The notes under the pieces were generated by a model that was not told where the DNA came from, searched no databases, and was given only the letters and a program-made list of their open reading frames with translations. From Pocillopora damicornis (lineage: Eukaryota), in contig NW_020846122.1 of the NCBI RefSeq assembly GCF_003704095.1, forward strand, positions 310,001 to 374,000: a DNA stretch of 64,000 nt, given 5' to 3'. This document shows positions 47,101 to 60,400 of the stretch, one piece after another. Numbering within the stretch: the first letter of the stretch is position 1; the number at the start of each line of letters is the position of its first letter. The translations under genes were made by a program, and so were the position numbers.

Positions 47101-50100
47101 ACCTTTTTAAAAATGAATTTTTTTCACAGCTTCACACATGTATGGACTGGCCAATTGATTTTCGTCCGGAAATACTTGTAGATAATATTGGCAGTGTTGT
47201 GAAGCAGCCAACGACTAGCATGAAAATCTTGGTTTGGAGAGAATTAGCAACCGTGACAAATGCCATGGGAGCTTTCTTGACATTGACATTTCTATAAACT
47301 CAAGCACTTTCGACAAGGATGATATCACATTAGACTTTCCACTCGTTTTTAACTTTCTCACTAGCGCTTAAATTATTACGAATAGTTTACTGCGAGATAC
47401 AAGTCAAGGAGAACAAGCGCACAATTTATAATTTGAGTCGTGTAATTTCAGCACGAGTAAATCTATTATAGCACCGCCTCAAGGGAAATTTTCACGATAT
47501 TTTTTATTTGTTCTCTTCTATGGGCAAACTGATCCTTAACGCTATGGAAACCAATAAAAAAATATTTTGTAAGACAAAAAAAGCAGTAGAGTTGAATTAG
47601 TGACTAGACAACGAGCTAGGATCGCTAGGGGTGCAGAAGATTGACATGGATTAAACAGCCGATTCAAAAAATTCAAGCCAGATTTTCAGGATCCATAAAC
47701 AGCTACACAGCTGCTGTAATTTCAATGTCATTTTCGACAACCTGATGCTACTCTATACTCTCGTGTGAATCAGTTTCTTCCTTTTTCTTTTCACTCTTGT
47801 AAAATGATGGGCGGCATTTAAAAGCAATGTGAGCAGCCGCATAACCGATTCAGTAACCATCATCCTTTATCTTTAACAGATAATCTTAGCTAACATTCTA
47901 ATGATGCCACAAAAATTAGTAAGGATTTCTTATTTATGGCATCATTCATGTCGTTTCAATTCTTATCTTGACCAAACGATCCAGCTTTAATTGGTTTTGT
48001 TGAATAAGCGTGCCATAAACGAGATTACAAAGGGCATATATTTAAAACGTAAAGGGTGGCGTGCTGTGCTAACGATCCTAGGACACGAGAACCCAAACTT
48101 CTCTCCCTTCCCGACTTTCGCATCTTAATTAAGGAAAGGTACTTCTGGAGAGTAAAGTTTTATATATTGTGGCTGTTGCTTCTGACAAAAAAAAAAACCA
48201 AAGATGTTATTTGACGTTTTTGCAAAGCGAAAAACAAATGACTCCAAAGAAAACTTTTATTAATAATGAACAGCAAAGGGTCAACATAAACAGAACAAGA
48301 ATAGGTAAACAGAAGTTTATGCTAGATTGCAATCTGACAAGATTGATAAATTAAGCTTTCTTAAGGCTTAAGCGGTGTCTGGATAAGACTGGGTAACAAA
48401 CTCAAAACAGTCTTGAGTCAAAACTTAACGCTTTGCCATAGAGATTATTGAACGTTGTGAGCTTAAATTCAACGCAAGATCCACGGTGAAATATATAATG
48501 ACATTCAGATGTTGTGAAAAGTACTATGTAGTTCATCTAGCGGTCCCTTAGTGATACTAATATCCTAGATCTCAGAATATAACACTTATCCCGGAAACAA
48601 GAAGATCTGGTATACATCAAGGATATCTAAAAGTATATGAGAGTATTATGTGAGCGATCTTTTCAAACATTTTTCATCTTTTTTAGAACAAATCTGTGGA
48701 ATGTTCGCGCGAGGTCTGTCCAAGGACGAACGCATGCAAGGGAACTCTGAAGAGAGAGAAAGGCAAATGCTGTCCCGTTTGCAATGAAAACCAAGGTAAT
48801 AATCCTCCGCGTAAGAAATAAAGAACTTTCGTCACTTTGGGTGTTCATGTTGATCATTAGAAGAAAATTTCAACACAGCATCTGCAAGGAATCTGTGCGC
48901 CTCTGTCTCACCGCTAATCAGATACAGACTTAGGACAAAAAGAAAAGAAAGAATTGTAAACTAAGATAGTCAGGCCACCATGAAGATGTCAAGATAAAGA
49001 AAAATTTCGAGAAGACATCGTTAATTGTTTCCATAAATTTTCATTTAAGTGCTCTTAGTTCGAAAGTGCTCTAGAGCCCACGGAGTAGAAAAGCAAGGCA
49101 AGGTGATGTGCTTTAAATGAATCTTACCGGGCAGTATTAAAATTTGAATTTGGCAGCGGAAACTCAATGATCAATGCGCCCTGTCAGAAAAGGAGAATAC
49201 GTGGAGTTCTAAACCCGGATTATTAAATTTGAAATTATAGTCCATAAGAAAATATTTGTTTTCAACAAATCTTTGTTAAGAAAACACTAAGAAAAAAGCT
49301 TGAGACATGCGAACCACTTTGGACAGCTCCTTCTCCAAGTCCTTATTTTCACGATTCAGTTTTCGTTCATGGTGTTTTCCTTTTCAAGGTTTTGTTTATC
49401 TATTTACTTATTCATTTTTGTTGGGTCTTCCTCTGCGGCACTAAAGGATATAAAAGAAGAGCCGCGTTCGGTAACCTCGACCGAGGTCTTCACAGGTCTT
49501 CTTTCGCTTGCGACACAGTTCACTTCGTTTCCAGCAAATTCTTTGAACTCTAGCATCCAATACTAATGATGCAACTTATCATATGCAACTTATAAATATA
49601 TATATATATTTTATTATTTTTCTAATGAATCTTTTGATTGGAAAGACCTGAAAATTTGCTCCTAAAAAACCTTTGTTCTAACCCACTTTCGAGAAAGTTT
49701 CGCAAATTAAAGTTACATTTGAACCTAAATAACCCTCGCGTTTGACCGGACTTTGGAATGAACTGCTCAATTCAAACATTTGATTGTTTATTCTTAATCA
49801 TGGTTAAATATGCGTTTGTTTGTCAGTATTTAGCCCGAACAAATATTTGTTTAGATATTCAATCAGCGCGGCTGTCCAATTGAAATCGTATCATAAAACC
49901 CGCTTTGCAAGCTTTCTTTAAGCGTAAACAGAAGAAACATCAAATATGTCTCCTTTAATCTAAAACACCTACTTGGCAATTCCGATCCTCTTGAAATGAA
50001 ACCATAATAGCCTTTTGTTAAAACAAATCATTTCTTGTGCCGACATGGGGTCGGCTAGAGCGATTAAATGTGCTTGCGGAGAGGTGTTTGATCCTACCGC

Positions 50101-53100
50101 CCATGGCGACAAGTCGACTGTGGAGTCGTTCTAAGTATCTCGTCTGTATCCGTTAATTAGACACATTACTTCATCTAACAGCTTATTTAAGGAAATTAAA
50201 TTTTTGGTCAGTTAAGACTTTACCTCAGTTTATTTTCAACTACCTGAGAACAAAGCCCTAAAAGCTCATCGTAAACCACGCATTCCAAACAGCTTTTTTT
50301 TCTTCAGCTTGCAATAAATTCTGTTTGAAATTAAATTCGCAGCTCGATTTAATCTGCTAATTAAATTATTGAACAAACAATTACGGCCAAGTAGCCTCAA
50401 GCTGTAATATCGATATAATTGACCGCACAAATAAACATTTCACTTACCAGTTTTGATTACTCAACTTAATTCAGTGTCTATTACTCAACTTAATTCAGTG
50501 TCTAATATGTTACTATCTCTTTTGAATAATTAATTAAATTCTCTTTCTGTTATTATGTTTTAAAAAAGGTAAATAGTAAGCAAAAGCCTAGAGTTTAGAT
50601 CCCCTCTGGCTCATCTCTGTTTCGCATTAAAAGAAGATTACAGGAAATTTGTTGCCATCTACCGCAGAATTTGTATCTCATTTCCTGACAGGATATTTCA
50701 TGGCCCAAACAGTGCCCGAGGGAGGATAAATACAGATAAATACTACAATACTCTCAGATTAAAGGTTGAACTCAGGCGCCTCTTGGTCTCCGCCGTTTGT
50801 GTGATCCTGATTTACAAATGCATCTATGTTGATGTACAAACGGGCTGAAAAAATGAGATGATGACAACATCCATCATTCAATTATTGCACCTTTCATTTA
50901 GTTTGACTTTCGAAAGTAATTATCTTTGCAGAAAAGTGACATATGCGATGTTATGCTCCAAAGAGTGTCTCTTTAAATCATGCTAAGTCTTAAAGACGTC
51001 TTCTTATCCTTTTGCAAACAAGAAGAATTATAAATAACAAAAGCAAATTTCATCATTCCACTTCATGGCTGATCCAGAGATGTTTGAGAGCCCCCTAGAA
51101 AACACAGAAATTCTGTTTTACACCATTGGCCCTATGGGCAAAATAAGCTTAGAAACATTTCAAGACAACTAAATTTTAAACACTTCATATTAAGTTGCTG
51201 CATGCGATCCTGACATAGCGACGATTCACTGCTCCTGAGGAGTGCCTCACGAATTGTTATAGTGTCCAAATTTTGAAACGGCGGACGCTTGTTCCATTAG
51301 AACTTCGCCGCATTCATTTAATATACGGAAGCTTCATCCCACAAAGCAATGGAGAACTTTGTTTCTCTCCTTTTTTTGAAGAAGGATAATGAGCCGTGCA
51401 TTTATCCTTGAGAACGAATAAACGGCTTTGGGTTTAAATAGCGCAGATAGAGGGCTAACGTGGCGTCACATTTAACGGAAAAACACAGAATCCGGTGCAC
51501 ATCCGAAACATGTTTTTCTTTCCGAGCTGACACAAGTATTTATAACCAGCGGTATGGAAACAACTGAAAAGCCTTGCTAAGCAGATATCCTTTGTTCTAG
51601 TATTACTCAAAATAAAATGCGCAGAAAAGTGATTTTCATTAGCCTAAACGGATTTCTAATTCCTGGTTGACTTTAACTTAAAGGATTCGTGGTCGCAAGC
51701 TGAAATAATATATGGAACATCTAATTATACTCTGATGATTTCTGCCTAACATTTAGATACCTAGAAAAAATAGTAAGTGAACCTTTATCCTGTTGTATTC
51801 AGAAAATATATTGAAAACCGATTACCCACGATGCTCTCTTAAAACCGACTTCCCATTAACAGATCATCTCTATCGGCATGGCCTAGAGGCCGATTGTTCT
51901 TTATAAGAATTGTTTTCAGGACGAGATGAAATGTAAAATATGGTAAATCTATTAAAACGCTTAATGTAAACATGAATTCCTTTATTAGAACGAATATACT
52001 CTTTTCGAAAATGGAACGCCTTGGTTTGTGTTTCACATCCAAGTATCTGGCAAATTGACATTTAAGCAGTTTAACACTTAGCCCTTCTTCCACATAAAAA
52101 CCTTGCGTGACATCCATGTCTGTTCGATTTGTGTATGTACCACCACCTACTTAGAGTAAGAGATTTCGAAGTTTCGTTGTTTTAGGTGCTTGTGATGACC
52201 ATTGTAATGCAAAAAGTCTAAGTGTTTGACTCATAAGAACACATCTACCAACCCTACCACGATCATGCTATCTAAGAAGGCGATTCGCAAAGAAACAAGG
52301 GAGAACTAGCAGAACTAAAACAAAATAACATTAGTAAACTTGTGCCTTCTTTTTCCTTTGTTAGGACCGGCTTCGTGTACACATCAAGGGAGAACTTATA
52401 AGGTACCACTAATCTTAATCAAGTCAATGAATAACGTTGATCCCAAGATTTCATGACTAATTTTCCTTACGGTCTGCCATGCAATTTATGTGATGTTAGT
52501 TTGGAACTGGATCAACCAATAATCCCCCAATTGATATTTTTCTTTATTCTCATTACTTGCCTGCTTGATATTGTACTGATAGTGTAAGGAGAAATTCTGT
52601 CTAGGTCACTGGTGGGACTTAAAGGGTTAAAGTCACACAAACAAACATTTTTCCATATCTAAAGAAACGCAATGCATGACCAATGGATGAATAACATGCA
52701 GTCTTGTTGTCCCCATCCCACTAAACAACTTATTCGTTCATATTTTGACCCTTACTGTATTCAAAAGTAATAAATAAATCTCACTCCAAAAATCTCCGAT
52801 TTGGTGCGGAACAAACATCTAGTTTGGACTCCTAAAACTATTTTAATCATGGCAAGTTTCTCTTTCATAGTTCACTTCCGTTTAAATTAAGGTACATAAC
52901 TGCGCTCGGAAAGAATTATCATAACCCAAACATGGCCAACAAACAAGTACAAGAAAATGAGTGAGACTGACCATGCAAGCCAATAATTGTACGCAAATTC
53001 GTGGCATTAGTAATTAAACTGAAAAAGCGTTTTTTCTTTCTATGAATAAACAGCACAACGATTCTTGGTTTGCAAAGGAATGCAAAATCTGCTTTTGCAC

Positions 53101-56100
53101 AAATGGAACTGTCTCATGCCAGCTTCAAAAATGCAGCCCAAAAAATTCACTTAGATGCCCGGAGGTAGGTACTGTTCTTAAAAAAGGAAAGTCCGTTGTC
53201 ATCAGCTATGTTCCATTTTTTCCTCAAATGTAATGTTTGACCAGCTTTTACTAGTTTGCGTTTTCGTGGGCAAATATACAACAAAACAAACACACTGAGT
53301 ATTTTCATTTCCTGGCATGAGATCATTTTATGAATGCCTTTCTCTGTTAAAAGAGGGGGTGTTTCTCAGGAGTAATAGAGTCTCCTGTGGCCTAAAATAA
53401 GTACTAATTTAAAACGATGAAGCAGCCAAATATGCCCTTGAATTCTACAAAATGCCTGTGTACGACCCCCCCCCCCAAACAATACCAATGCAGGCTCTTA
53501 AATTGCCATGATAATAGAATACTGATATGCTTGCTGAGAAAAGAGAGCTTCAAAAATCATAAAAATGCTTCTGTCCACTCTCTTATTTACTTTTAATTGA
53601 TTTGTTTATTTGTTTTCTTAAGGGCAAGGCACCAGGTCTGGTTCCAGGGGCTTGCTGCCTTCAATGTGTAGAGAGTGAGTAATGGTGGAGTTTTTTATTG
53701 TGGTGAATTAATGGCTGTAAATATATGAAAATCATATATATGAGCTGCGGATAAAGACGTGAATATGAAAGCAATCTTCAAAGTAATGAACTCTACTCAG
53801 GCAGAAGTGAAAATAAGCCCTAAAAATTTTATTCACCACTTCATGGGTTTATTTGGAACTAACATAAGGACCAGCTCCCAGTTGGCTTGTTAGCTCAGTT
53901 GGTAGAGCACTGAACTGGTATTGCAGAGGTCATGGGTTCAAATCCTGTACAAGCCTGAATTTTTTCAGGCCTTATTTTCACTACTGCTTAAGTAGTGTTC
54001 ATTACTGTGAAGATCGCATCCATATTCATTACTTTATCCCCAGTTCATTTATATGATTTTCATATATTTATAAAGCAAATTATTGATACAGCAACTATTT
54101 ACACTGCAAAGGGTTTGAACATGGCAGTAACATGTGACTGTGTAGTTTAATACTCTGGCTGAGAGTAGTCCTGAGGAGCACTGTTGTTGGTAGTAGTAGT
54201 GACCGACATTTTAACAACTTGAGCAGAAGTCATCATCAGAGTGAGGTGAAGGGTTGTTGTTGGTCAAATGTACAAAGTCTAGATTAAGTGAATTGATTGG
54301 AGTGAATTAATTGGTCAGTACAGCAGACTTTATGATCCCAACACCATATCTCACACAATGTGATGAGTATCTCTACCTGCACAACATTTCCTTATAAATT
54401 TGGCAGAGAGTTTTTTTTGTCTATCAAAAAAACACCCTTCTCAATTTAAGATTCTTTCATCTATTGATTATATATTTATTTGCTGTTTATTTCCAAGAAT
54501 TTGTTTTTTTTTTCATTTGGGAAATTTGCCTCGCTTTTCAAACTTCTCATAACTTGTTTGCCTAATAACTTAAGGCATTTGTATTAAGTAATTACATTTG
54601 ATCACTTCTAGGGGTGGAATATTTAATCATATTTGAGATTTTTCAGTTTGACAAGGAATGATAAACCTTGAATGGTGTGCATGAAAGACAATTTTTTCAA
54701 CTATAACCAGCTTCAACTCTTTAACTTCCAAAAGTGATTAACGAGCAACTTCTCCCAATCATACCAGTACATTATTCCGCAAAAAGGCAATGAGAATACC
54801 TCAACTTATCAGGTAGAGTTTGTTTTCTTGATCGAACACTAAATTCTCGCAACAATTTTAGGAGGAAATGTTTTAGAAGCTAGAGGGGAGAGTTAACAAT
54901 CAGATCTTAGGAGTTGAAGGGTTAACGAACTATAGGAAGTCTCACATACCTCTCGCTACCGTTATTGTCAATCTATCATGGTTTAAACTATTTTCTTTAT
55001 CAAATAGCACTTTTTCAGCAATATTTTGAATAGGATACCCAATATCTATTCAGTAGTCTTACCCGCGAAAGCACAACCAATGATACCAGCTTCGAGGCGA
55101 ATTCCAATTTCTCGGTTTTGAGGCGTTGAAACGTCCCCTGTTGATTTACCAGCTTTTGTGCACCGAAATACTGTTTCTCCGTGAACTGCCCGTTCGATTT
55201 GACAGGACATTTTACCAGAAGTTCGAAAAGTCATCACCCATTGCCGCCATTTTGTTTTTTCTCACAACAGCCATAAATGGACATAATGCCAATCCACTCG
55301 CCAAATATGGAAACTATCAAAAAACACCAAAGGGGGTGGGTTGGGGTGGAACTGTTTCAATCTTGTTTTTCATCTCTATTGCCACTACGGAAAAAGTAAA
55401 AAACTGGAAGATCATGATAAAAGAAAGGCAAGATGAATTCAATAAAACCAATCCAAAAGCAAAAATTGAAAGAAAGAATATATTTTCATTTCCTTGTTTA
55501 TCGGGAATACTTCGTTGCATTTCAAGAGTGCAGTTGTTCGTAGAGTTTTAAAAGTGTTCGACTGCACCTGTTTTGGCAGATATGTGATCCTTCTTCCAAC
55601 TCCACAGGGACTCCACAGAAAGCTCACTAAATCTTGGTTGCTCAATAAAAAATTAACTCAAAAAGCTCGCTCGTAGGACTCTCGTGGCGTCCTCTGCATC
55701 TTCGAGAAGACTCTTGCGTTTACCGGGAATACTCCGTTGCATTTCAAAAGTATAGTAATGATCCTCTAAGCGCTTCAAACTCCAATGAACACAGACACAT
55801 TCCCTTCATTTGATCAGGCTCGCAGACACGCTGTAGACCGGGGCCAAACACCATCTGCTCCGCCGCTGACCTTTCCTACACCTTGCGCACGTGCATTAGA
55901 CGTCTGAGGGCGATTTGCAACAGGAAGGAACTGAAACCTTCTCATTTTAATACTCAGGCTCTCCTGTGGACGCCCGAGAAAAAAAGGAAATAAAAAGGAG
56001 AAGCAAAAATTAAAAGAAAAATAATCCATACCTGGTGTAAATTGCATCAGAATACAGCTTGGCTCTCTTTGATCATATGTTTCCCCGCTGGCCATAGAAG

Positions 56101-57452
56101 CCCCAAAAGCTATTCGAGAGGAGTTGCTCGCAGTCTAAACTTCTTGAATTGAAACTAAATTATTTTTTAAACAGCTGTAGGCTTTCTTCATAACTTGTTT
56201 GTTGGTTTGCCTTTTTAGAGACTGGTGTTTGTACATCGTATGGAGACCCACATTATCGAACATTCGATGGTCAAATGTTCAACTTTCATGGCACTTGTCG
56301 ATACCAACTCACGTCAGACAACGCAAACTTTACCATACGCATGCGTAATGATCGGCGATACACCAAAGTCTACGCTTGGTCCAAGGCCTTGGCGATCCAT
56401 TTGGTTGACTCCTCGATTGTTTTACATAAGGACCTGCAAGTGAAAGTGAATAAGTCGGATGTGAAGCTACCATACTATCATCTGCCTTATTTTCAGATAA
56501 CGAAGGGTAGTTTTACCATAACCCTTGTGTCCAACATGGGAGTTCAGGTCCAGTGGGATGGTAAGGGTTTCATTGAGATAAGAGTGCCGAAGAGTCTTAT
56601 GGGTAAAGTCGACGGGCTGTGTGGGAATTTCAACGGTAACTCAAAAGACGACTTTAATCTGAAAAACGGCAGGCGCGCTACGTCCGCTCAAGAATTTGGA
56701 GAAAGTTGGTCATTGGGTCGAAGAAATCACGGGTGCAAGAAAGCCCCTTCAGAACCAGTGAAGTCAACGATGTCACAATGTCGTTTGCGGAGACTCATTA
56801 GTGGTCGTAAACGATGCTCTGTTATCAAGAAGCAGTTTGCAAACTGTCACGGAAAGGTGAAGCCGGACGCATATTACTCGTCGTGCGTTTCGGCGGTCTG
56901 TCAGTGTACAGGAAGGCGGTGCGAATGTGACGCTGTTCTGGCTTACAAAAACAAGTGTAAAAGCGAAGGAATCACAGTGAACTGGGGCAGGAATTGGAAA
57001 ACTTATTGTGGTAAGTGTTAGAGTACTTTTCACGCTAGTAGAGCTATATGGGTTTATACGGTTCGCGTAATGACATACCAGACAAAACCTTAGGTACTCG
57101 CAAATGCTATCCTAAGACAGGTGCACAAAAATAAATGAGATAGCACTTTGCACTCACTGCACGACATTTATCAAAAAGAAATTCCAAGATAAATTTTGAG
57201 TTACTGTTTTCCTGCTTGTAAGGAGTCTCTTGCGCTGTCAAAGGCGCCGTCTTTGATGACTGTGCTCCTGCCTGTCAGCGGACGTGCGACAACAAGGATG
57301 ACGTAAGTGTTCCGTGTCCCAGCAGCTCTTGCGTGCCTGGTTGTCTGTGTCCGGTGGGAACTGTATGGAACAGTCAAAGGACAAAATGTATTCATCCGGA
57401 GAAATGCCCTCCACAGGTGAGATGGCTGCGGGGAAGATGTGCTTATAAGTAA
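41159..57452 (+). CDS. BMPER: BMP-binding endothelial regulator / Crossveinless-2-like secreted protein (SP-vWC-vWD-C8-TIL, about 443 aa)
   Basis: Exons 41159-41267 (signal peptide), 52365-52402, 53054-53164, 53623-53674 (one vWC: CTHQGRTYKHNDSWFAKECKICFCTNGTVSC...CCLQC), 56219-57010 (KTGVCTSYGDPHYRTFDG; GLCGNFNGNSKDD; C8) and 57223-57452 (TIL). All phases match. The CCxxCxEKxGVCxxxGDPHY junction is typical of BMPER/Cv2. The 3' end might instead splice at CAG|gtgaga 57416. Confidence 0.85.
50456..50503. repeat. 24-bp perfect tandem duplication
   Basis: attactcaacttaattcagtgtct twice. Confidence 0.9.
50775..50789 (+). promoter_or_regulatory. BMP-responsive Smad element GGCGCC-N5-GTCT in intron 1 of BMPER-like gene
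   Basis: Exact GGCGCC TCTTG GTCT, matching the GRCGNC(N5)GTCT Mad/Smad1-Medea/Smad4 composite site. Confidence 0.55.
52431..52630. mobile_element. piggyBac-like MITE copy in BMPER intron 2
   Basis: Ends aaagggttaa; homologous to 8548-8759. Confidence 0.6.
53718..54070. mobile_element. Composite repeat: about 110-bp terminal inverted repeats enclosing a tRNA-like cloverleaf
   Basis: The left arm taaatatatgaaaatcatata...gtgaaaataagccctaaaaa is the imperfect reverse complement of the right arm ending catatattta. Confidence 0.8.
53884..53956 (+). pseudogene. tRNA-Thr(GGT)-like cloverleaf, probably repeat-borne rather than a functional tRNA
   Basis: GGCTTGT/ACAAGCC acceptor stem, GCTC/GAGC D stem, loop CTGGTAT and TTCAAAT T loop; A-G mismatch in the anticodon stem. 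GGT is an atypical eukaryotic Thr anticodon, and the cloverleaf sits inside a TIR element. Confidence 0.6.
54134..54270 (-). mobile_element. Second repeat family with a decayed hammerhead-like core
   Basis: Minus strand reads ctCTGATGAtgacttctgctcaagttgttAAAAtGTCggtcac; the GAAA box appears lost through CpG-type transitions. Confidence 0.4.
54712..54925. mobile_element. piggyBac-like MITE copy in BMPER intron 4
   Basis: tcaactctttaact...gagttgaagggttaa termini. Confidence 0.6.
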
Positions 57453-60400
57453 ACAATCTGATGTCGCAAAAGAACTTGCAAACACACCAAAACCTTTCGG
57501 CAAATCTCTCTATTTGCTTCGCAGAAGAAAACACAACAAGTCCTTAATCTGAAACATTCTCCAAGAAAAGAACGATAGCATCTTTTTCTCACCTCCTCGA
57601 AAAATTCTGTTTTGCATCCGAAGTTTTAACGCCTTTGATGTTATTTAAACATACTAGGTGCTTTTCGAAAAAAAGCTACCGTGAATCATATCACTTTGAA
57701 TTTCGTAGACTCTTCCACCGTCAAAGAATTGTTAATGCTCCGTATTACACCACTGGTACTCAAATTTCTAAATATAGAAAGCAGCATTTACCACCGCTCA
57801 GTGAAAAAACATCGAAATGAAACTTTCAATCAGTGCCTTGTCTAAAGAATCAGACACATTGAGACAAATGAACAATTACTAGAACGGAGAAATTGATAAA
57901 GGTCACGCAGTTGGTGGTGCAAAGTGCTGTGTGGCAACGATGATGAAGGCGCCTATGCCGTAGAAAGCATTTATCATTTTCACTACCCTACGTTATGACG
58001 CGAGTGTGTTATCAGCTTCAAAAGACTTTTTCTATCTGATGAAGTTTGCCTTCAAAGTAGCATACATCGTCACTTTCAAATCTGGCTTGGCAGCCTGATC
58101 GCTTATCTTCGACGTAACAACGTTTCACTCCTCTTTTCCCTTAAAGGTGGCCGGCCCTGTCACTGTGTTGTTTTCAAAATGGCGGCTTCCCTGATCGAAT
58201 TTCTGACACATCTGAAGACATTTTTTCTAATCGTAAGCTTACCATTTAGAATCTCAGAACACCTTGATCAATTGACTTCAATATACAACGTTAAATGGCG
58301 GAGATAAAAATTTAATGCTTTTTTCAAATCTACGTCTCTATTAACAATGATAAAGTTACACATATTTCACTAGCCTTCGTCTAACCTTTTGTTGTAACTT
58401 GAAAATCCAACAGCTGTCGTCCATTCAGGGTAAACTACGAAGAGCGGCTGTGAGTTTGAAGAGGAGTCACAAGTGGATGATCAGACAACTGAAGAATAAC
58501 GATGGAAGATAAAGATAGTTTTAGCCGACAACATTTGCATTCAATAACTCATATATGAACCAGCTGGTCAGTACTTCGATGAAACACGTGTATGCGCGCG
58601 CATAGTCGCAAGGATTCGTCCAATTCATATGACAGGAGAGAAAGGAGAGATGGACGGTTTCCATTGACTGCTCAGCAGCAACAATAACTTTACAAATTAC
58701 ACCCATGGACTGTGAAGCTATCAACGAGACCATACATATGTAACGAAGTCTATGGTTTCACAAATAGTTTTAATCTTACACATCGCTATCAGTTGCGTAG
58801 CATTAGTCATCACACGCGCGTATCGAACTAATATATATTTTTTATCTCAAAGGATATATATTTTCTCACCGAAACCTGAGTGGTGGATATCAAATCATCC
58901 ATAGAAGAACTCCCTTTAGAACTACCCCTCCCCCTAACTCAACATTAACCCTAACTTGTTACACTTGACTGTTGTTCAGTTAGGGGAGGGGTAGGTGCGA
59001 AGTTTCTTTGATACTGACATTGCTTAATGTTGACATTCGAAACCTCGTCATATCTGTAATAATCCTATAAATGACAACGTATATTATTTATGAATCTTTA
59101 AATTGTCTTACTCATCTGTTGCATCAGGAACCAATAACTATTAACCCGTGGTCTCAAAGAATACCTTACAAATATTTTTACCAAATAAGACTGAAATTTT
59201 CCTTAGACTTTTAACAGTGTCATGTAAGCATTTGCCCTGGTTTCAACTAAAGTACAACCCAAAATTTGAATGTAATTTTTAGTGAAAAGTTTACCACATA
59301 AAATTTTTTCCACTTATTAAGGAACCAAGCCTTATACTAAAGAAAGGCTGGGGTCATTTCAAAAGGGATCACAATATGAAATCACTTGGAAAACCTTGTC
59401 ATTATATCCTCTTAAAACTGGAATTAAGATCGATGGTATTTAATTCTTAGTTTAAAAACTGTAAAGGGTTGATTTCATACCTATTTGATGATTCCATGTA
59501 AAAAAAAATTGTAATTGAATTGTATAAACGTCCAATTTTACGTGTAACGCTCTTTTCTCAGGAAGTGAAGTTTAGCATAGGAGTTACGTTTCTACCTCTT
59601 TACGTTTCGTGGTGTCCATGTCTTAATTAACTGAAAAGGCATTTAATTTAACACACTCACGAGGCCATACAAACTGACGACTACGTAAAATAGGTGAATT
59701 AATTCACCGTAGTAAGTTTTGATCATGACCGGTTTTTTTAGCAAACAAGGTAATAAAGTTTCGCTAATAAAACGAGAGCGCTTTTCAATTGAATGTATTG
59801 TGTAGTAAAATCTCGACCAAAGTTATCACAGTGGCTAATCAGACGATAACTCATAACAAACAGCTGATGAGAATTCCAGATCAATTTAAGGAACCCATTC
59901 AAAGCGCGAGAAAACGTGAGAGGCCAAGCCGCCATTAGTTTTGGTGTTACACTTGATTGGTCGAGGAAGCGGCAAGAGTTTTCTGAACCAGTTATAACTC
60001 TCTTGCGGTCAGGTGTTCATTTGAGGCGTGGGCAGTGGCGAAGTAGTGTGAATGTGAGACGCTATAGTAAAACCACCTTTTTTCAACTCGTTGATGATGT
60101 AAATTTGAAAAAAAAAGTCGCTTTGCTCGTAATCTTTTATTTTTAATTTGGACGCAAAATTGCTCATCAACCTCAACTCTCGGGGCGAATAATGGCTAAA
60201 TCAAACATGGTGGTCTAATCCACTATGACACAGTCCACATAAGAATTCTTAACGGCTGAATATGAGAATTTTGTCTTCTTGCTTAAGTTAAAAAGTAGCA
60301 GGATGATAGTTGTGGTATTCTGACGAGCTCTCCTGTCCGAGTCTTATTTTACAACATTCTACAACTTTAAATTACAGATCACTGATTCTTCAGTCCATAT

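Noticed and set aside
52186-52230. Possible extra Cys exon (GACDDHCNAK) upstream of BMPER exon 2
   Set aside because: In-frame stop before any good donor, and not vWC spacing.
53884-53956. Functional tRNA-Thr gene
   Set aside because: Atypical GGT anticodon, anticodon-stem mismatch and location inside an inverted-repeat element.
56219-57452. Mucin, von Willebrand factor or zonadhesin fragment
   Set aside because: A single vWD-C8-TIL unit preceded by vWC and a signal peptide, ending in a stop and adjacent to BBS9, fits BMPER/Cv2 better.
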